Assembly: GCF_037042905.1 (NCBI RefSeq)
Contig: NC_087245.1
Coordinates: 4,404,001 to 4,468,000, forward strand
Reading direction: 5' to 3'
DNA from: Lytechinus pictus
Taxonomy: Eukaryota
DNA: 64,000 bases
Positions 1 to 15,300 of the stretch are shown piece by piece (the stretch's first letter is position 1; every line of letters begins with the position of its first letter). The notes beneath the pieces were generated by a model. That model was not told the DNA's origin. It did not search any database and saw only the letters and a program-made list of their open reading frames with translations. Both the position numbers and the translations under genes were made by a program.

Positions 1-377
1 CAGTTGAAACCTCTCAATATACAAGGGAGTCCAGTACAAGCTGTCACCCCTCAGCAACGACCTGGTCCTAGTACCCGCATCCTGGCTTCGTTACCTCAAT
101 CTGTGGCCCTACGACTGGAGAAGATCATGATGCCTCGAACGAGCCTTACAGAGACTGTCTCAAGGGCAAGTAGCGACAACTCCATCTGTGAGACCGAGCT
201 GATCATCAGGGATAAGGATGCTCAGGTGTTAGAATCAAGCTGTAACTTGCCAGATAAGAAGCTTCGGACACTATCTCCTGTGATGGGTGGGCTGGATGAT
301 CTTGTCTATCAGACTGAGGTGTGGAGCTTTGGCAAAGGCACCATGGGACAGCTTGGACAGGGGGATACACTTGACAG
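1..377 (+). CDS. ALS2: ALS2 exon (first in window, 5'-truncated; RCC1-like region)
   Basis: Open frame ...[22 protein letters not shown]; donor AG|GTACG, phase 2. Confidence 0.9.
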
Positions 378-3300
378 GTACGTTTTTGTCAGGATCAAAC
401 CTTGGTTTTTGTTTACGTAAAGATTTGGTTACCATGACTCAACCTCACATACACCAAGAATATTTTTTAAATGAAGAGAGCTGTGGCATTGTCAAAGTAC
501 ACTTACATGTACATGTAATGTAAGTAACTGCACTGCATAACAAATATTCTGGTTTAAAGTTGTTAAAAAAAATTACAACTATATCGTTTCGTTAATTCCA
601 AAAGATATTGGTTCAATATACAATAGATATTGACATTCAAATCATTCAATTTCAAAAGGTAATATTGATTTTTTTTACAACAAAAAGGACCTGCAAGAAC
701 TTAATACATTATATTGTCCTTCCCAGTTCAAAAAACGTTTCAGGCCTACAATATGTTGTAATTTGCAATACTGCCATCACATGGCCGAAATGGATAATTT
801 AACATTATTTCTTTTTTCTTCTATATTTTCCAATTAATCATAATAACACCATTTATCACATTTTCTCGAGTAACATTTTTCTATTTGAAATAAAACAAAT
901 TTTGTATTTTTGTATTTTTTAATATGTGGCAAAAATAACTTTTGACAGTTTTATACAGCTATACAGTGAAAAACACAAGAATCAAAGAAATAAGGAATGA
1001 TGTAGTTATTGCAAATGAAATTTTTCAGGATTGGTATAGAATTAAACTGTAAATTATGGAGGAATAAATGTGACAAGATCAGAGAGAGAGAGAGAGAAAT
1101 GATTTTACATAAAACATTTGAATATGAAATACTTGCACTTATTTGCATGTACACATGTAGATGTTATATCTCCAGATCTAACAAAGATGTAGAAACATTT
1201 TTTATTTAAAGTTGCTTAATTTTGTAATTTTGTAAAGGTATACTGTAGTTTATTGCTATTTGAATACATATTCATTGTCTATTTTGAAGACTAACATTGG
1301 AATCAGATAAATATAGTACAGTTAGTTCATTCAATAATTCTTGCAGACACAAATATATGGTGCATGTATCCATCATCTATCTAGTAGTATGCAAAACAGA
1401 ACCTTTCAGATAGTACAGTTCTTTAAAAAGAGAAAGAAAATAAAAACCCTCTACACCCTGAAATGTGATCTAACAATCTTCAACCCGTCATGGACAAGGA
1501 ACTGTATACTGCAACCAATGGGCCTTTTGACAAAATAGAAGGGGAATTTCCAGAAATATACCACGTACAGGTAGTTCAGTCACTACACACGCATATGGCA
1601 ATAAGAAAGAGCCTTAAATACCACACATATTCATCTAAGGATAGGGTAGTGACTAGTGAGCAGTTTATCGAGTATGCAGACACGTTTTAATATCACTTGT
1701 GTTGGAAAGGTCTGGGAGTCTACAGAGCAATTTATTTATGCTGAACTGAGGCATGCCCCGAGGGAGATTGCTCTATTTTATCTCGCCTTTGCATAAACAG
1801 AGAGAAGGGAAAGGTTTCATACGTATACATAACGTCATACCCTCATTTGCATCCGCAAAACTAAATAAATTTTTTTTAATAAGGTATAGGTGTAGCTTAA
1901 AAACAAAGAAAAACGATTTTCATGAGGTTATATACATGTATGTCCAATATTGTACTCTTGTACAACATTTCATCTGATGAAATTATGAACATGATTCCTA
2001 GACAAGTTTTAGTCTACATGTAGCTCTCTTGAATGAGTAAGGAATAATCAACTGCTGCAAGAGTGAGGTGAAAGGATGATTAATAGCGAGGTGGTCTCTG
2101 TGCTTGAAAGTAAAATCCCTCACAATTGTTGTATTAAGGAAAAGATTCAGTTTCAAAGCTCTTTATAGCCCACATGTACATGTATGTTTTGGTCTGTCTC
2201 CCCACGCCCCCTTTCTCCTCTCCTCTCTCCTCCCTTTGTTACAGTATATCCCCTATTTTTCTTTATCTTTTTTTCCTTCTTTTGCTATATAATGTTTTTA
2301 TTACCTTTAGTCAATACTCATATGCATGTCTGGGGAGCATTACATCAACATACTTTTCTTCCGACAAGTTGTCAGATCTGACAACTTCCCCTAAATTTGA
2401 TTGGCTGAGAACCACTTTAACTATGGTAACTGTCGGATAAAACGGGATTTGTCAAAACGTCTGACAAATCCTTTCATGAAACGCTCCCCCAGGTGGATCT
2501 GCATTTGTTTGTCCTTCCAGCAACTGCCATTTATCACTCTTAAATGTAAACATGTGGAATTGCACATGAGATGTGTATTGTTCATCAAAGAGTTGTATTG
2601 TCTGGTGACGTAACAGAAGAATCATAAATTATGAGGTTTTTATAGTTCAATTCGGTTTCAGTATTTTCCATATTTCGCTTTATATTTTGAAACCTGATTT
2701 GAGGTGACATGTCAGAAATTTGAAAACAGTGAAACCTGTCTGTTGTTACCACCAGAGGGAATACAAAATGTTGCCTTTACAGACAGATGGCTGCTATAGA
2801 CAGGTTCTTACACACACCATCTGTGTTATAAAAAGGTAAAAATTACCATTTGATTGTGATTTTTTTTGGACATGTGATCACCTCCTCCCCCCGCACTTTT
2901 AAACTGTTATTCTGCCACTGTTCTCAAAGCCCATAGATAGGCCTATTGTATTCTCAGATTGATCACATTTATACAGTGAGGTCCATGCACACAAATTCAA
3001 CAATTATAATCTATTCATCAAAATATGTTTAAAGTGCATGTATAATATTACAATAATGCTTCATTTGAACCTGTATATCATACTTTATGACAAATTTCAG
3101 AATCTTTGAGTGACAGGGTTGATAATCTGAATGCCTGCCAATGTACTCATTGCTCATCAGAGATACAATCTTACGTATATCAAATTATTTTCATTCATCA
3201 TGTCCAACATGGACATAGGAAGTTTGCAGGGTATCTCTGTAATTATTAAAAGCTATTTGTCAATTTTATCAAATTACTACCCTGATGGCAGATGCATTAT

Positions 3301-6300
3301 TACTCTATACAGTTTATCCAGTAACCATTTGTACACTGTAACATGAGTGGAAGAGCTATGGTGGAAGTAAAAATCTCATAACCTGGCTTTCATAAAATCT
3401 AATGAACTGTTGATGAGAAGAGTACTACATGTATAGTCTTCATAATTTTTCATCATTTTTCACCTAAATGTAGTTGCAAGTTATGATGAATGATTATAAT
3501 TCATTAAGTGTGATAATGCATATTTTCATACCTTTCTTTGATTATTGAAGTGTAATTGAGATACCCCTGTACAAATATCAATGAGGTATTAACAGCAGTC
3601 AGATATATCCATTATTCTAAAATCATTTGCACAATGATACCAATTGAAATACTAGGAATTGTATATGAAATGAAAGCATGTCATCTCATCTTTCAGAATA
3701 ATAAATCATGAACATTGAAGCATTGTGCGCTACACTGCAATGAACACAACGAGGTATGAAATCATGCACTATCGCATATGATTCATGATCGTTCTGACTG
3801 ATCACAATTTGTAACTTGGTGCAAAAAATCAAGGCTATACTCTCATTTTATGATAATTCATTATGTTTCATGATAGCCAAGTTAGGATTTTTTTTTGTTC
3901 CAGCATCTAGTGCTTATTCTCAGCTTTCATTGTTGTATATATGTAGTGTACAAATAATTCCTTGAGACACTATATGCATAGGATTTGATACATGAATACA
4001 TAAGCACATGGATTTACATCTAAGAGGAAAATAAAATACTGTATATTGGTAAAGGTTTGTGAAAATGCATCAAAGTAAAACATAGTTTTGAGCTTTAAAA
4101 TGGTAGTTTTGTGATAAAAAGTTTATCAATACCATTTTCTAAGATATTAAAAATTATTACAGCTCAATTTGAGCAGTAGGAATGGTGGTGTTTATGGAGT
4201 TTGTACATGACATACAGGTATAGGGCAGTTACCTGCCTGTGATGTCAAACATAATCTTTTTGAATTATAAAATATGATTCTGTTTTCCTTTCATAGATTT
4301 TTTACCGAATCGCCATTATAAAGCATCTTGGGTTTTCTCATTTATTCTGATCTGCATCTCCTTTAAAATATAAAATGTCATGAACATTGCCTACAACAAT
4401 ATGAGCATGATTTGAATAAAGAAAATAGGACTTTATGCTACAGTTATATGACCACATTTAAAGTATCGGGGGGGGGGGGGTGACACCATAGAAAGTTTAA
4501 ATGAAAGTAAAAGCTAGGCTTTTACATGCATGTTACCTGAAGCAGTATAATGTTTTGCTCCATATCATAACCAATCAGTTTTGATATTTTTCACTTTTCA
4601 GTCAGTTATATTTTTTGCAGAAAGCCTGAAATCTAGCCATACATGTATGCCATCATACGGCATGTTGCCAATACATGTTGTGTATCAGTTATTAATGCAA
4701 TGCAGGCTAAATTGACTTGAAATGCCTCTGGGTATGAATGACCTGAATAAAGCCCTTTTCAATTGAGTCACAATTCCTTAATACCATCTGGCTAGCCTTC
4801 ATTGTGGGTTTCTGTCAGTGTGAGTAATGAGTTCCTTAGGTAGCTAATGTCAAGAGTAGCTGTATGAATTGACTTGACGGAAAAGCCTTATTTCCTCAGC
4901 CTAAGAGCCATAAATTCTTAAAATGTATGAGGTGTATTTCTAGATTTGTTTGTTGACCTGGAAGGACAATGTCATATTACTCACAGACTTGTTCAAGGGC
5001 ATTAAATTAATTATGACCATGAATTAAGCATTCTTCCTTCAACCAGATTTGTCAGCTTCTAATCTAGGAAGGTATTTCTTAGAGAAGAATGGAAGGAAGA
5101 TGCTATTGACCATGAAAAGATGAGAGGTATATATGCATATATACTTGAACTTCACCCTGACGATAAGTTGGTTTTAAAAAGAAATTATAAAGTTGTATTG
5201 GTGAAGGTTTGAAGAAAATCTGTTGAAGATTATCAAACAGTTTAAATGTTTGAAGTATTGATTTCGTGACATCACAAACGAGCAGCTCCTCCATATGTCA
5301 TGTAATATAAATTCCCTAAATTGCCATTTTCTCTAAATTTTGAAATTGATTTATTTGTGGGTTGGATATCTTCAGTCACGTTTCATACCACTTTCTATAA
5401 GAAAAATATTTTTATTCATTAAAAAAATGAAAATTATTGAATTTGTTCATGATCACAAATGAAAAATGTATGTACATCAATTAAGTTCGTCGACCACTTG
5501 ATTTTACTTTTTACTGGGAAGTTTTTCTCAACAAATGATAAGAATATGACATGGATAGTCAAAGGAGCTATTCTTTAAAAAAGGGTAAATATAACTCAAA
5601 TTCATGGTCATTTGCAAAAGTTACAAAAAATTTCTGCAACAATTTCTCAGCATTTTGAGGTTTACTGAAAGCGATTTTGTGGTCACCACAAAATGAAAAC
5701 AGGCTGATAATTGCACTGCTCCATTCTGCCTGAATCTACATTAAAGTGTATGAACTATGTACAGTGCATGTATTTCAAGATGCATTCACACATATACTCA
5801 CATGTATTTGGGATCTGGATACTGCTTTAGGACTAGAATATTATTTCAGCTTGTATTCTACATACATGTACTCATATATGTTTATTGCCGATATTCATGT
5901 TTTCAGGACAGTAGTTGTACTTTTTGATTGACATTTCTTTCAGGCATACACCGAGTATTATCAAGCAGCTTAGCAGTAAAAACATTGTACGTATTGTGGC
6001 TGGAGCATCTCACTGTGTCGCTATCTCAAGCAATGGTCAAGTCTATACCTGGGGATGTAACTCTGATGGCCAGCTTGGACACACTGGTCAACTTGTTCCA
6101 AAAAGATTAAAGGTAAGGAAGATGGAGAATGATAGGAAATGCCATCTTTCTCCCTCAGACCTGTCTCCATTCATTTCTTTATCTTTCTTTCTCTCATTTC
6201 GCTATTCTCACGTCAATCTATCATCATAACTTTGAAAATATATGAATCTAGTTCATGAAACCTGGACTTAAGGGTAATCAAGTATCGCTGATTGTATTGC

Positions 6301-9300
6301 AGGAGGATTATTGAGGTCAAATGTCATTTAGGGTCAAAGAACTTTGACCATGTTGGGGTTATCAACATTGAAATCTTAACCAAGGTTTTTAATAAGTTTA
6401 TGAAATATCATTAAAAAATATAGATCTTTGTTTCAGAGTTGGACATGATGGCAATCAAGTATCACTGATTATCTGTCCTGAGTTGCAGGTCACATGATCA
6501 AGGTCAAAGGTCATTTGGGAGTCAATGAACTTTGACCGTGACCGTTTGTTGTGATATTAACAAGTCCACCCAAACAAAAAGTTGATTTGAATAAGAACAG
6601 AAAAATCTAACAAGCATAACACTGAAAATTTCATCAAAATCGAATGTAAAATAACGAAGTTACGACACTTTAGAATTTCGCTTAATTTCACGAAACAGTT
6701 ACATGCACATTCTGGTAGCTATGCAAATGAGGGTAGTGATAAAGTCACCGAATCACCAATTCTTTTGTTTTTCATTATATGAAATATAAGATATTTTCTC
6801 ATGCAAAACAAAATAATTTATTCCTCCCTAAACATGTTAAATTACCATTGTTTTAACATTTTGTGGTTCAGTCAAGTTTTTCTTAATTATCAAATCTGTG
6901 AAACAAATAAAATGTTGGATAATTCAAACAAAAAACAGAAGAAATAGTGAGCAAAGGACATCATCGACTCCCATTTGCTTATCATCGAGTTGTGCATACA
7001 ACTGTTTTACAAAAGTTAAGTTAACCTTCTCTACCCGAAATGCCAGAATACCGGCTTCAAGTTATGTGATTCGAAAAGCAAGGGTCTTGGATATAAGGTG
7101 ACGTTTGAAAATGACATTTTAGAGATATTCTGTCTATAACTTCAGTTTATAATTTTGTCAACAATTGGTTTTCATTTATAAGCATAAAAAATGATCAAAA
7201 TATACTATCCTACCAAGGAGGCTCGTGGTGCAATAATACACGATCGGTCATATATGGACTATACGTAAGCTATTGATAAATTTTACTTTCTGTGAAAGCA
7301 GTGATTTTGAGACAAAATTTGAGATTATCATAAGTACGGAAAGCTAAACAACATCAGCCGGGCCAGGCCGGTACCAGCTGTGCTTGAGTCATGAGAATAG
7401 GAGATTATTTATTTCAAATGTCATGTATTCCTTCATTTTGCCGATAATCTTGACATCTGCATATAATTCAGGGTGAGGGTCCCGTCCGTCCCAATTAATT
7501 CAGGGATCAAAGGGTTAAGCTTTAAATATAACTTTTTTTAATTTAAATCTGATTTTGATGAAATTTTCAAAGTTATGCTTGTTTGATTTTTCGTTATTGA
7601 TACTCAAATCATAATTTTTCTGGGATGGACTTGAAATTTTATCATAACTTTAAAAGTAAATTAATAATCAATTGCCTGGAATTAGGACACAAGGGTAATC
7701 ACTGAACATTTTGCATGAGTGTCAGGTCATACATGTATGATCAAGTTCAAAGTCATTTGAGATTAATAAACTTATTCAAATGAATGGTGCTTTTTGAGAA
7801 AAAAAAATCATCTTAGTTTTTTCAAAGTCAGCACTGCTGCTGTATGGAATTGGATGGGAGAGACATCCATGATGTTGTTTCCTTGAAGGTTGATTGTTTC
7901 AATCGAAGGTAGGTTAGTGAAGACAGTGGTTGTAATTTCTCTTATTTGGTAGAATGCAAGAGAGAATGTCTTAAGGTTCTACATTGTTTGCAGTCTGTCC
8001 AGGTTCTCAACATTGTTGTAGGAAATGTCCAGATTTTATACATTTTTGGGATATGAACTTCCCTTTAGATCTAGAGCAGATATTTTAAATGGCAATTCCA
8101 GTAGATTATTGAGTTTGTTGAATGCAAGGTGAAGTAATGAAAGGTGTGGTCCTGTGAAATTGCTGAGTGTCTGATGATTCCAACCTGTCAAAGAATTCTG
8201 GATGATGGATATCTCTTGAATGAAAGGTAAAGAACCAAGGTATGGTAATCAAGTGTTACTGATCATTTTGTACGAGTTTTAGGTCACATGATTGAGGTCA
8301 AAGATCACTTAGGGTAAATGAACTTAGTATTTTGTTATCATATCAATGGTGTTTTTAAAATAATTATTCATCTCTAATAGTTGATTTAAACATCTGCTAA
8401 AAAGCCTGCTATATTGAATCATGTAATGCAGGCGAGACTGCTGGAGGCGATCCACTTGTTTTTATAAGAAACTTGTCAAAGATATGATTTCTACTATTCT
8501 ATTTGAAGTAATTAATATATATCAATTTCGCGAAGTTTACTCACACCATTATTCTTCTAAATGCAGTGCATGTAAAATGCTGTGAATGTGTTTGTATGTA
8601 TGGTATTCCCCTTTTTTTCTGTGGAAGTTTCATACAGGAAACCATAATTACATTTTCATCTCCAACAGTCAAATAGAGGTGGCTGTTATTGGGACTGTTG
8701 ACTAGAAAGGCTGTTGTCATGGTAACTCATGAATATGGTCTTTCAGGATGTCAATCACTTCCTCTATATGTCTGATTAAAATTAGATGGCTGATTGAAAA
8801 GTTGAATTTATTCCTTTCCCCATGCTAGAAAGATGTCATTCATGTATCTGGAATGGAAATTCACCTTTCCCAAGAGTGTGTTTCATAAATAATCATATGC
8901 AATTAAAGGGGAATCCAACCCAAATAAAAACTTGTTTTTATAAGGAAAAGAAAAATCAGACAAGTTGATAGGTGAAAGTTTGAACAATATTGGACAAACA
9001 ACAAGAAAGTTATGAATTTTTAAAAGTTGTAAATATTGGTAATCACTATACCCATGGAGACTTCAAATTGGCCGCATATGGGATGTCATAGTGATGTAAG
9101 GCAAGGACTACTCTTCCATGTACTCCAATACATATTATGGCTAAAATGTCATTTTCCCCAAAAGTCTTATTTCAAATGATATTTTTCTTTCATGAGGACA
9201 TAAAACAATATACTACCTGGGTTATATTTAGATTACTGCCCCAGGGGATTGGGTTCTTAGGAGAAAACCACAAATCCCTGATAATAAAGTACTTGGCCTA

Positions 9301-12300
9301 TGGGAAAGTTGTCCTTGCCCCTTGTCATAATTTACTTACCCAGTTGCCAATTTGAAATCTACATAGTATTAGTGATCTCAATTTTAAAGCAGCCATTACT
9401 TTCTTATTGCTTGTCCGATTTCTTTCAAACTTTCACCATTCTGTTTAATTTATTTTTCTCCTTCCCAACACAACATTTTATGGCCAAGGCTGGATTCCCC
9501 TTTAAACCAAACCCAAGTCTCAAGCATGCACTTCCGATTGGTCAAATCAATTTTATGATGTGTCATGTTATTCCAAATGATAATATCCTGCTCAGAAATA
9601 TAACTGATACTGATATCTACAATGATGAGTTATTGTTTACATTTAATGCCCGTCATAGCACGTTAAGAACCCACTGCACTATTCGTATAAGAGTAGGGGG
9701 AAACCCCGGTGTAGTGGTCCACCTGCATTCCCCCCAATCAGTTATATCGGGAGGAGAGACCTGCGGGTCATAGTGATTCAGTTCGCTTTTCGCCTCCCAG
9801 GCACAGGTGATGCCAAACAGATAATAATAATAATAGCAATCTCTACTTGATTTCTAATTTTAACAACAATGCCATGTAACAAATATGAGCAAATGGAAAA
9901 GAAAATCATTACAAATATTTATGTTGATTTCTCAAATCTGATTTTGACTACTTTATTTCTTTTTAGATGCCAAACAACACACCTGTATGGGATGCAGCAG
10001 TAGGGGGAACACATACCCTTCTCCTTGCAGATGGAACCAACTGCATGCCAGATGTGTACTACTTAGGAAAACAACCAAGGTACAATACCTGCCACACACT
10101 GATCACACAACTACTGGGATAAAATGCTAGTTTGATTTTAATAGAATGAAACACATTGAGCAAGTCAGCTTGTATGAAAAATTAAAGGATATGATCAATG
10201 AAAGCTCAAGAACAATTAAACAATAAGAAAGATATATCATTTGAATGTTGTAATCAACAACGTTATTAAAGGAAATCGTACCATTGGCAATGCTTCCAAG
10301 ATTTGTGATGTCACAGAATTACAACTTTCCTGTTCATACACTGAAAATATACCACCAAAGATCTATTTTTACTCATTATGATAGTACAAACTCCAAGTCA
10401 TAACATATCAGTGATATCAAATGTTATTAAACATTAAACCAATCCCACAATCAGGATCATTGCTGATTCATCCCTTTTTTTTTATATGCTGGCATTGCTG
10501 GGTATTATAATTTATCTCTTTCTGAAAGCAAATTATGTTATTCCCTTCCTCTAAGAATGTGTTAATAAAAGTCTCTGGTAACCACATTCTTATTCTTGTT
10601 CTATTTTGTTTGATAGCCTGTTGTCCATGAATGCATCTTGAACTTAACTAAAAGCAGATTGTTTTGGAATTTAAAGAATTCAAGTAGCTTTTTTTGGGGG
10701 GGAGGGGGGGAGTCTTAAAATCAGGAGATGTCTTAATTCTTTGACACTGCATGAATTGCATACTTTTATACATGAAAAAAATATGAATATATAATGACTG
10801 ATTTTTTTTCACTGACTTTTTGTGGTAGCCTTCAAGAATTAAGGAACTCAAACAGTACTCCTACTCCCGAGAGTCCTCTACGGGATGGAAGTGATAAGTC
10901 AAAGAAACGGCCAATGTCATCATCCATCTCTAAGTCACCCACCGTCAAATATGCAGCCAGAGCAAAACAGCCTGAGAAACTCACCTTTCTTAAGAAGGTA
11001 AAAACATCAGTAGATTTGCCTAAGATAGGAGTATTGTTAGAGTACTAGGGATATTATTCCACCACTTTCACCATAATACAGAATGATCACTAGGCCAAGT
11101 TTAGTAGCCCTTATTAGGTCGGGCTATGTTGGTACACCTTAAAACCCAGGGAAATACATGTAATCTCAAACATTGCAGAAGAAGTTATCTTTTATATATT
11201 TATGTTAGTTAATTAATGATTCTTGTTTATGTAAAATCATGTCAGCAGATATTCTTTATAAACATATGATATCAAATTAATTTTTTAAATGTATTTCCTT
11301 TTATTTTAACTATTTCTTTTTCATTGGTTTTCAGCAAACCTCATGGCTCATCTTTATAATCAGGAAATGAAATACAGAATCTATTAATTCTAACCAATAA
11401 GAACAATATTATTGATCTTTTGAGCCATTTTGAGCACAATATGCAAGCATGAAATTACACTTTTAACATTACATTATAATTATCTTCTCTGGCATGATCA
11501 ATTTGCTTTTAAAAAATGTTTGAGACTTGAAAGAAAAAAAAATTATGATACATTCTAGAAAATCTTGTTGCTCATTAGCCTGTAATGGCTAATTGGCTCA
11601 TTAGCCATTAGCACCATATACATGTATTAATGATATGCAATTTCTCTGGCATGATAATTTTTATGCTTGTAAGTGATGCTATAGATTTGAAAAAAATGAA
11701 TTATATATTTGGAACAAAGCAAGGACTTAAAAACTAAATAACATAATTAGTTGCTTCCTCAAGAAAAACACTAGACAGGATTGTCAAATGTTTACCACAA
11801 TAACCTGTAAAAAGAACAAAAGAACAAGTGATGAAATAAAAGTTTTTGAAATACTTGTAAAATTAATCCCTCACATAATTGGTTAGTGACTAGATAAATC
11901 ACAGTATGGTCTAGTGTCCAGTTTGGTAGTAAAATATTGAAGATTTGTCTAAAACGTTGGGTAAATTTTAATATAATTTTACATTAAAACTTGCAAATGT
12001 GAGGTGATCATTGAGATTTTTATTTTCATTTTTTTTGTTTTCTGCTGATTCTTTTTTAAATTTGAAGATCACATTTTATTAGAATTAATTCCCTTTTTCT
12101 TGATTCATTTATTTCTTTAAGGAAGACCCGTTAATCACTTATCATGAAATTAAGTTATTGCCCATAAACAAATTGCAAACAAATATTATGTCCTGCAATT
12201 TTCAGCCCATTTTGTGCCTGAGAAAAAGTTTTATCCATGAAGAAATATTCAGTTACTTTTATTTTGGCCAGTTTCCCAACTTAAATGAATTCCATGTAAA

Positions 12301-15300
12301 ATTGCAAAATTCATCTTCTAAAAGGTGTTTATATTTCAAATCATCCACATCATAACAGCTTTAGGCTATAATATTGTAAGTGGAATAGTGACCAAAACCT
12401 TAAGAGAAGCTTTGAACATACCTTTGGATTGTTAATTGTTCCCTGTGATTACTTTTTTTTTTTATATCTGTCACATAAGCATGCAATATTTTACAAAATA
12501 TTATTGAATTTTTTTTCAGAATGGTTGGTTACAGGCCGTTGCGGCTTCGGTTGACCAGTGTGCCTGTATAGCTGATAAGAGCAGTAACGGCTTTGTTGCA
12601 ATCACCCATGAATTTTCAGCCACAGAGAGACTTCTTTACAGTCAGCTTTCTTCCATCAAGTCATCTATCATCAAGACCTTACAAAGTTCAGGTAAGGCCC
12701 TTGTCCCCATCTTACGAAGAGTTGCAATTGATCTGGTGGGTGTTTCATAAAGCTGTTCGTACGCACAACTTTACACACGACTGGAACATATTCCTAGGTC
12801 ATAAATCAATTACATAGGGATATCACATAGCACAATAAAAGGGTCACCAGTCGTGCGTAAAGTCATTGGTATCTTTCGAACAGCTTTATGAAACACACAC
12901 CTGGTCAACCACAACTATGGAGAGCCGGCAACGTCAACATCTAAACTGCATGTTTGTTCAAAAGATTTTCCAGATATGATGCATATTTTTACATTCATTA
13001 CTTTCTTGAAAATTCAGTGTGCTTCTCTTTGTTTACAATGGACATTGTGCAAATTTCCTGTAGTAGAAATTATGACATTGATGAATTTCCTTATACCCAA
13101 GGTTGACTTTAAAAAGTCATACTAAGCTGAACATGCATACGTTATGTTATTCAAAGTGTAATCCCATTGATGGGTATGTGGTAGCATGAGCTGACCAATT
13201 AAATCAAGATGCAACTCATTATAATATGATAGAAGTTCCTTATGTGCACTTCAAATGGGCTGAAAATCATATCGCACTTGAGATTTGATTTTCTTGATAT
13301 TTCTGTAATGCAGTCCAGGACAAAAATAGAGAAGAATGTGAAGAGCTAAAATGTGGCGTTTAATCAGAACTTTTTATTTGTTTTTTCTGTTACTACAAAC
13401 AACCTGTGTATTAATCAAATGGTGTCATGATGAAGCCAGAATGTATGATTTGTAGGATGATTTTATTTTTTTTTTACAGAGGTTCAGAAGTCTGTTGAAG
13501 GAACTATCTACAGTGGACCTCTGAGGCTTATCCTAGATCTCTATGGATCAGTGTGTGGCCTTGTTGCACAGAACTGTCTACATCTGACAGGTCTTGTTCA
13601 GCGCAACAAAGACTTATGGGATGTAATGATGTTAAAGGAGATTGGTCGCTATATTCAGCTCTTCCAGGAGTACGCCAATGCTGTCTGTGATTTCATTACA
13701 ATCACTGGATTCAACCACCTAGGAAAAATTGCCAAGTATGACACACAAATATATTTCATTTTATTTATTATTTATTCATTTATCATTTGTATATTGCATC
13801 AAAGAAAAGATAAAACCAAGAATTATTGATGCTTTATCATAACTTTATCACAAATGTAATAGACAAATGACTCATCATTGTAAACCTTAGAGTCTCCTAT
13901 TTCATATATTAGACAATTACCCATTCATGCATTAGTGATTAAAAAAAATCAAAAGAAAGGATACAAACAATCATTTTGCCGAAGGTATCTGAACTTAAAA
14001 AAGAAAGTCACATATATCAAAACTTCATTATTTGCTCTTTAATCTGATACCTTGATCAAAGAAAATGATAAAGGAATATCAAAGTTTTATTTCTTTAAAA
14101 AAAATACTTGTATTTTTTTAATCAATTGCACAGACAAAATACGCGTTTGTGACTTGTCTCCAAAATGCCTCAATCTAGTAATAATGGATAAGATTTCATC
14201 ATATTTCTGGTGTCTCTATGGTCTCCCTGATTTAGTGTGTTTAGACCTATTATGTCATTGTGGTTTAATATATTGTTGCAAACTTGTAGCAATATATATG
14301 GGCTAGACAAAATCAACTTAAGCAGCTTGTCCTAATTGCCCTCATTTTTCTCTTTCTAGTGATGCCTTGGCCAAACATGATGGTGTATTTACTGAAATAT
14401 TAAATGAAGAGAAACCTACAGTGTATGGAGCTCCTCTTAGGATGGCTATGAAGCTACCATTAGATAGAATCAAATCATATTCATATCTCCTTACCAAACT
14501 CAGAGATTACTATCCAGAGGTATGTTCCATTGATGTTGATCTATTGTAGTAAGTGTTTTATAAAAACAGAATGGTGTTATTTTGTTACTCAATGGCAAAT
14601 AGAAAGTGGAAACAGTTACATTTTCTTAGGAGATCAAAATGAATTTGTTATTTTCATTCACATATCCTCAATACCTTGATGTCTTGCTGAACATAACTCC
14701 TAGTAGTAGAAGTATGTTAGGATATAATTTTGCGCAGAAGTGCACAATTCTTAAGTATGAGAATACTAAATCCTCAGATTGTTACATATGTCACTTGCTC
14801 CCTTTTTGCTGTTGTTAGAAAGATTGTATTCCCATGTACGATCATTCACCAATTTTTTTAAATATTCAAATTTGAATATTAATTTAGATGTCAATTTGTT
14901 TATCAGGATTCTGGCGAGTATAGTCTTCTTAATGAGAGTGGTGCATCATGGGAAGAATTGAAGAAGACGTTAGAGAAGAAGCAATCTGATGCTGATGACA
15001 CAAGGACATTCTGGGAATCGTGTCCTGCTAAACTAGCGGTACGTCTAGAAAACTAGCAGCAAACGAATGACATAACCACATTTATACATATAGATATCTG
15101 TTCTAGGGGCTTTTTCATAAAGCTTTCCATGAAATTATATATGATTTAATAAATACTTGGGAGTATGAGGGCTAAATACGATGCCAAAAGTCTTTGTTGA
15201 CATTTGTAGCAAATTTTGGCTATATTTCTATTAACAACCTTGACAAGTTGTGAAGAAATTCAATTTGCATTTAGAATGTGTGTTAAGAAGAGTATTAAAC

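Larger units (their letters stand above)
6220..8462 (+). mobile_element. Fragmented Helentron/DINE-like element interrupted by insertions
   Basis: Degenerate repeated units (gggtaatcaagtat...aggtcaaaggtca) and 3' end gcaggcgagact-hairpin-cttgttt, matching the end of the 16433 element. Confidence 0.55.

Noticed and set aside
1490..1570. Alternative alsin first exon MDKELYT...HVQ|gtagtt
   Set aside because: The donor is phase 0 but the next acceptor needs phase 2; no other support
3000..5100. Homeodomain-site enhancer cluster in alsin intron 1
   Set aside because: TAAT-type motifs are expected by chance at this AT content; needs conservation data
9300..9773. 157-aa ORF
   Set aside because: Runs across a MITE arm and a SINE fragment inside an alsin intron; no protein-like features
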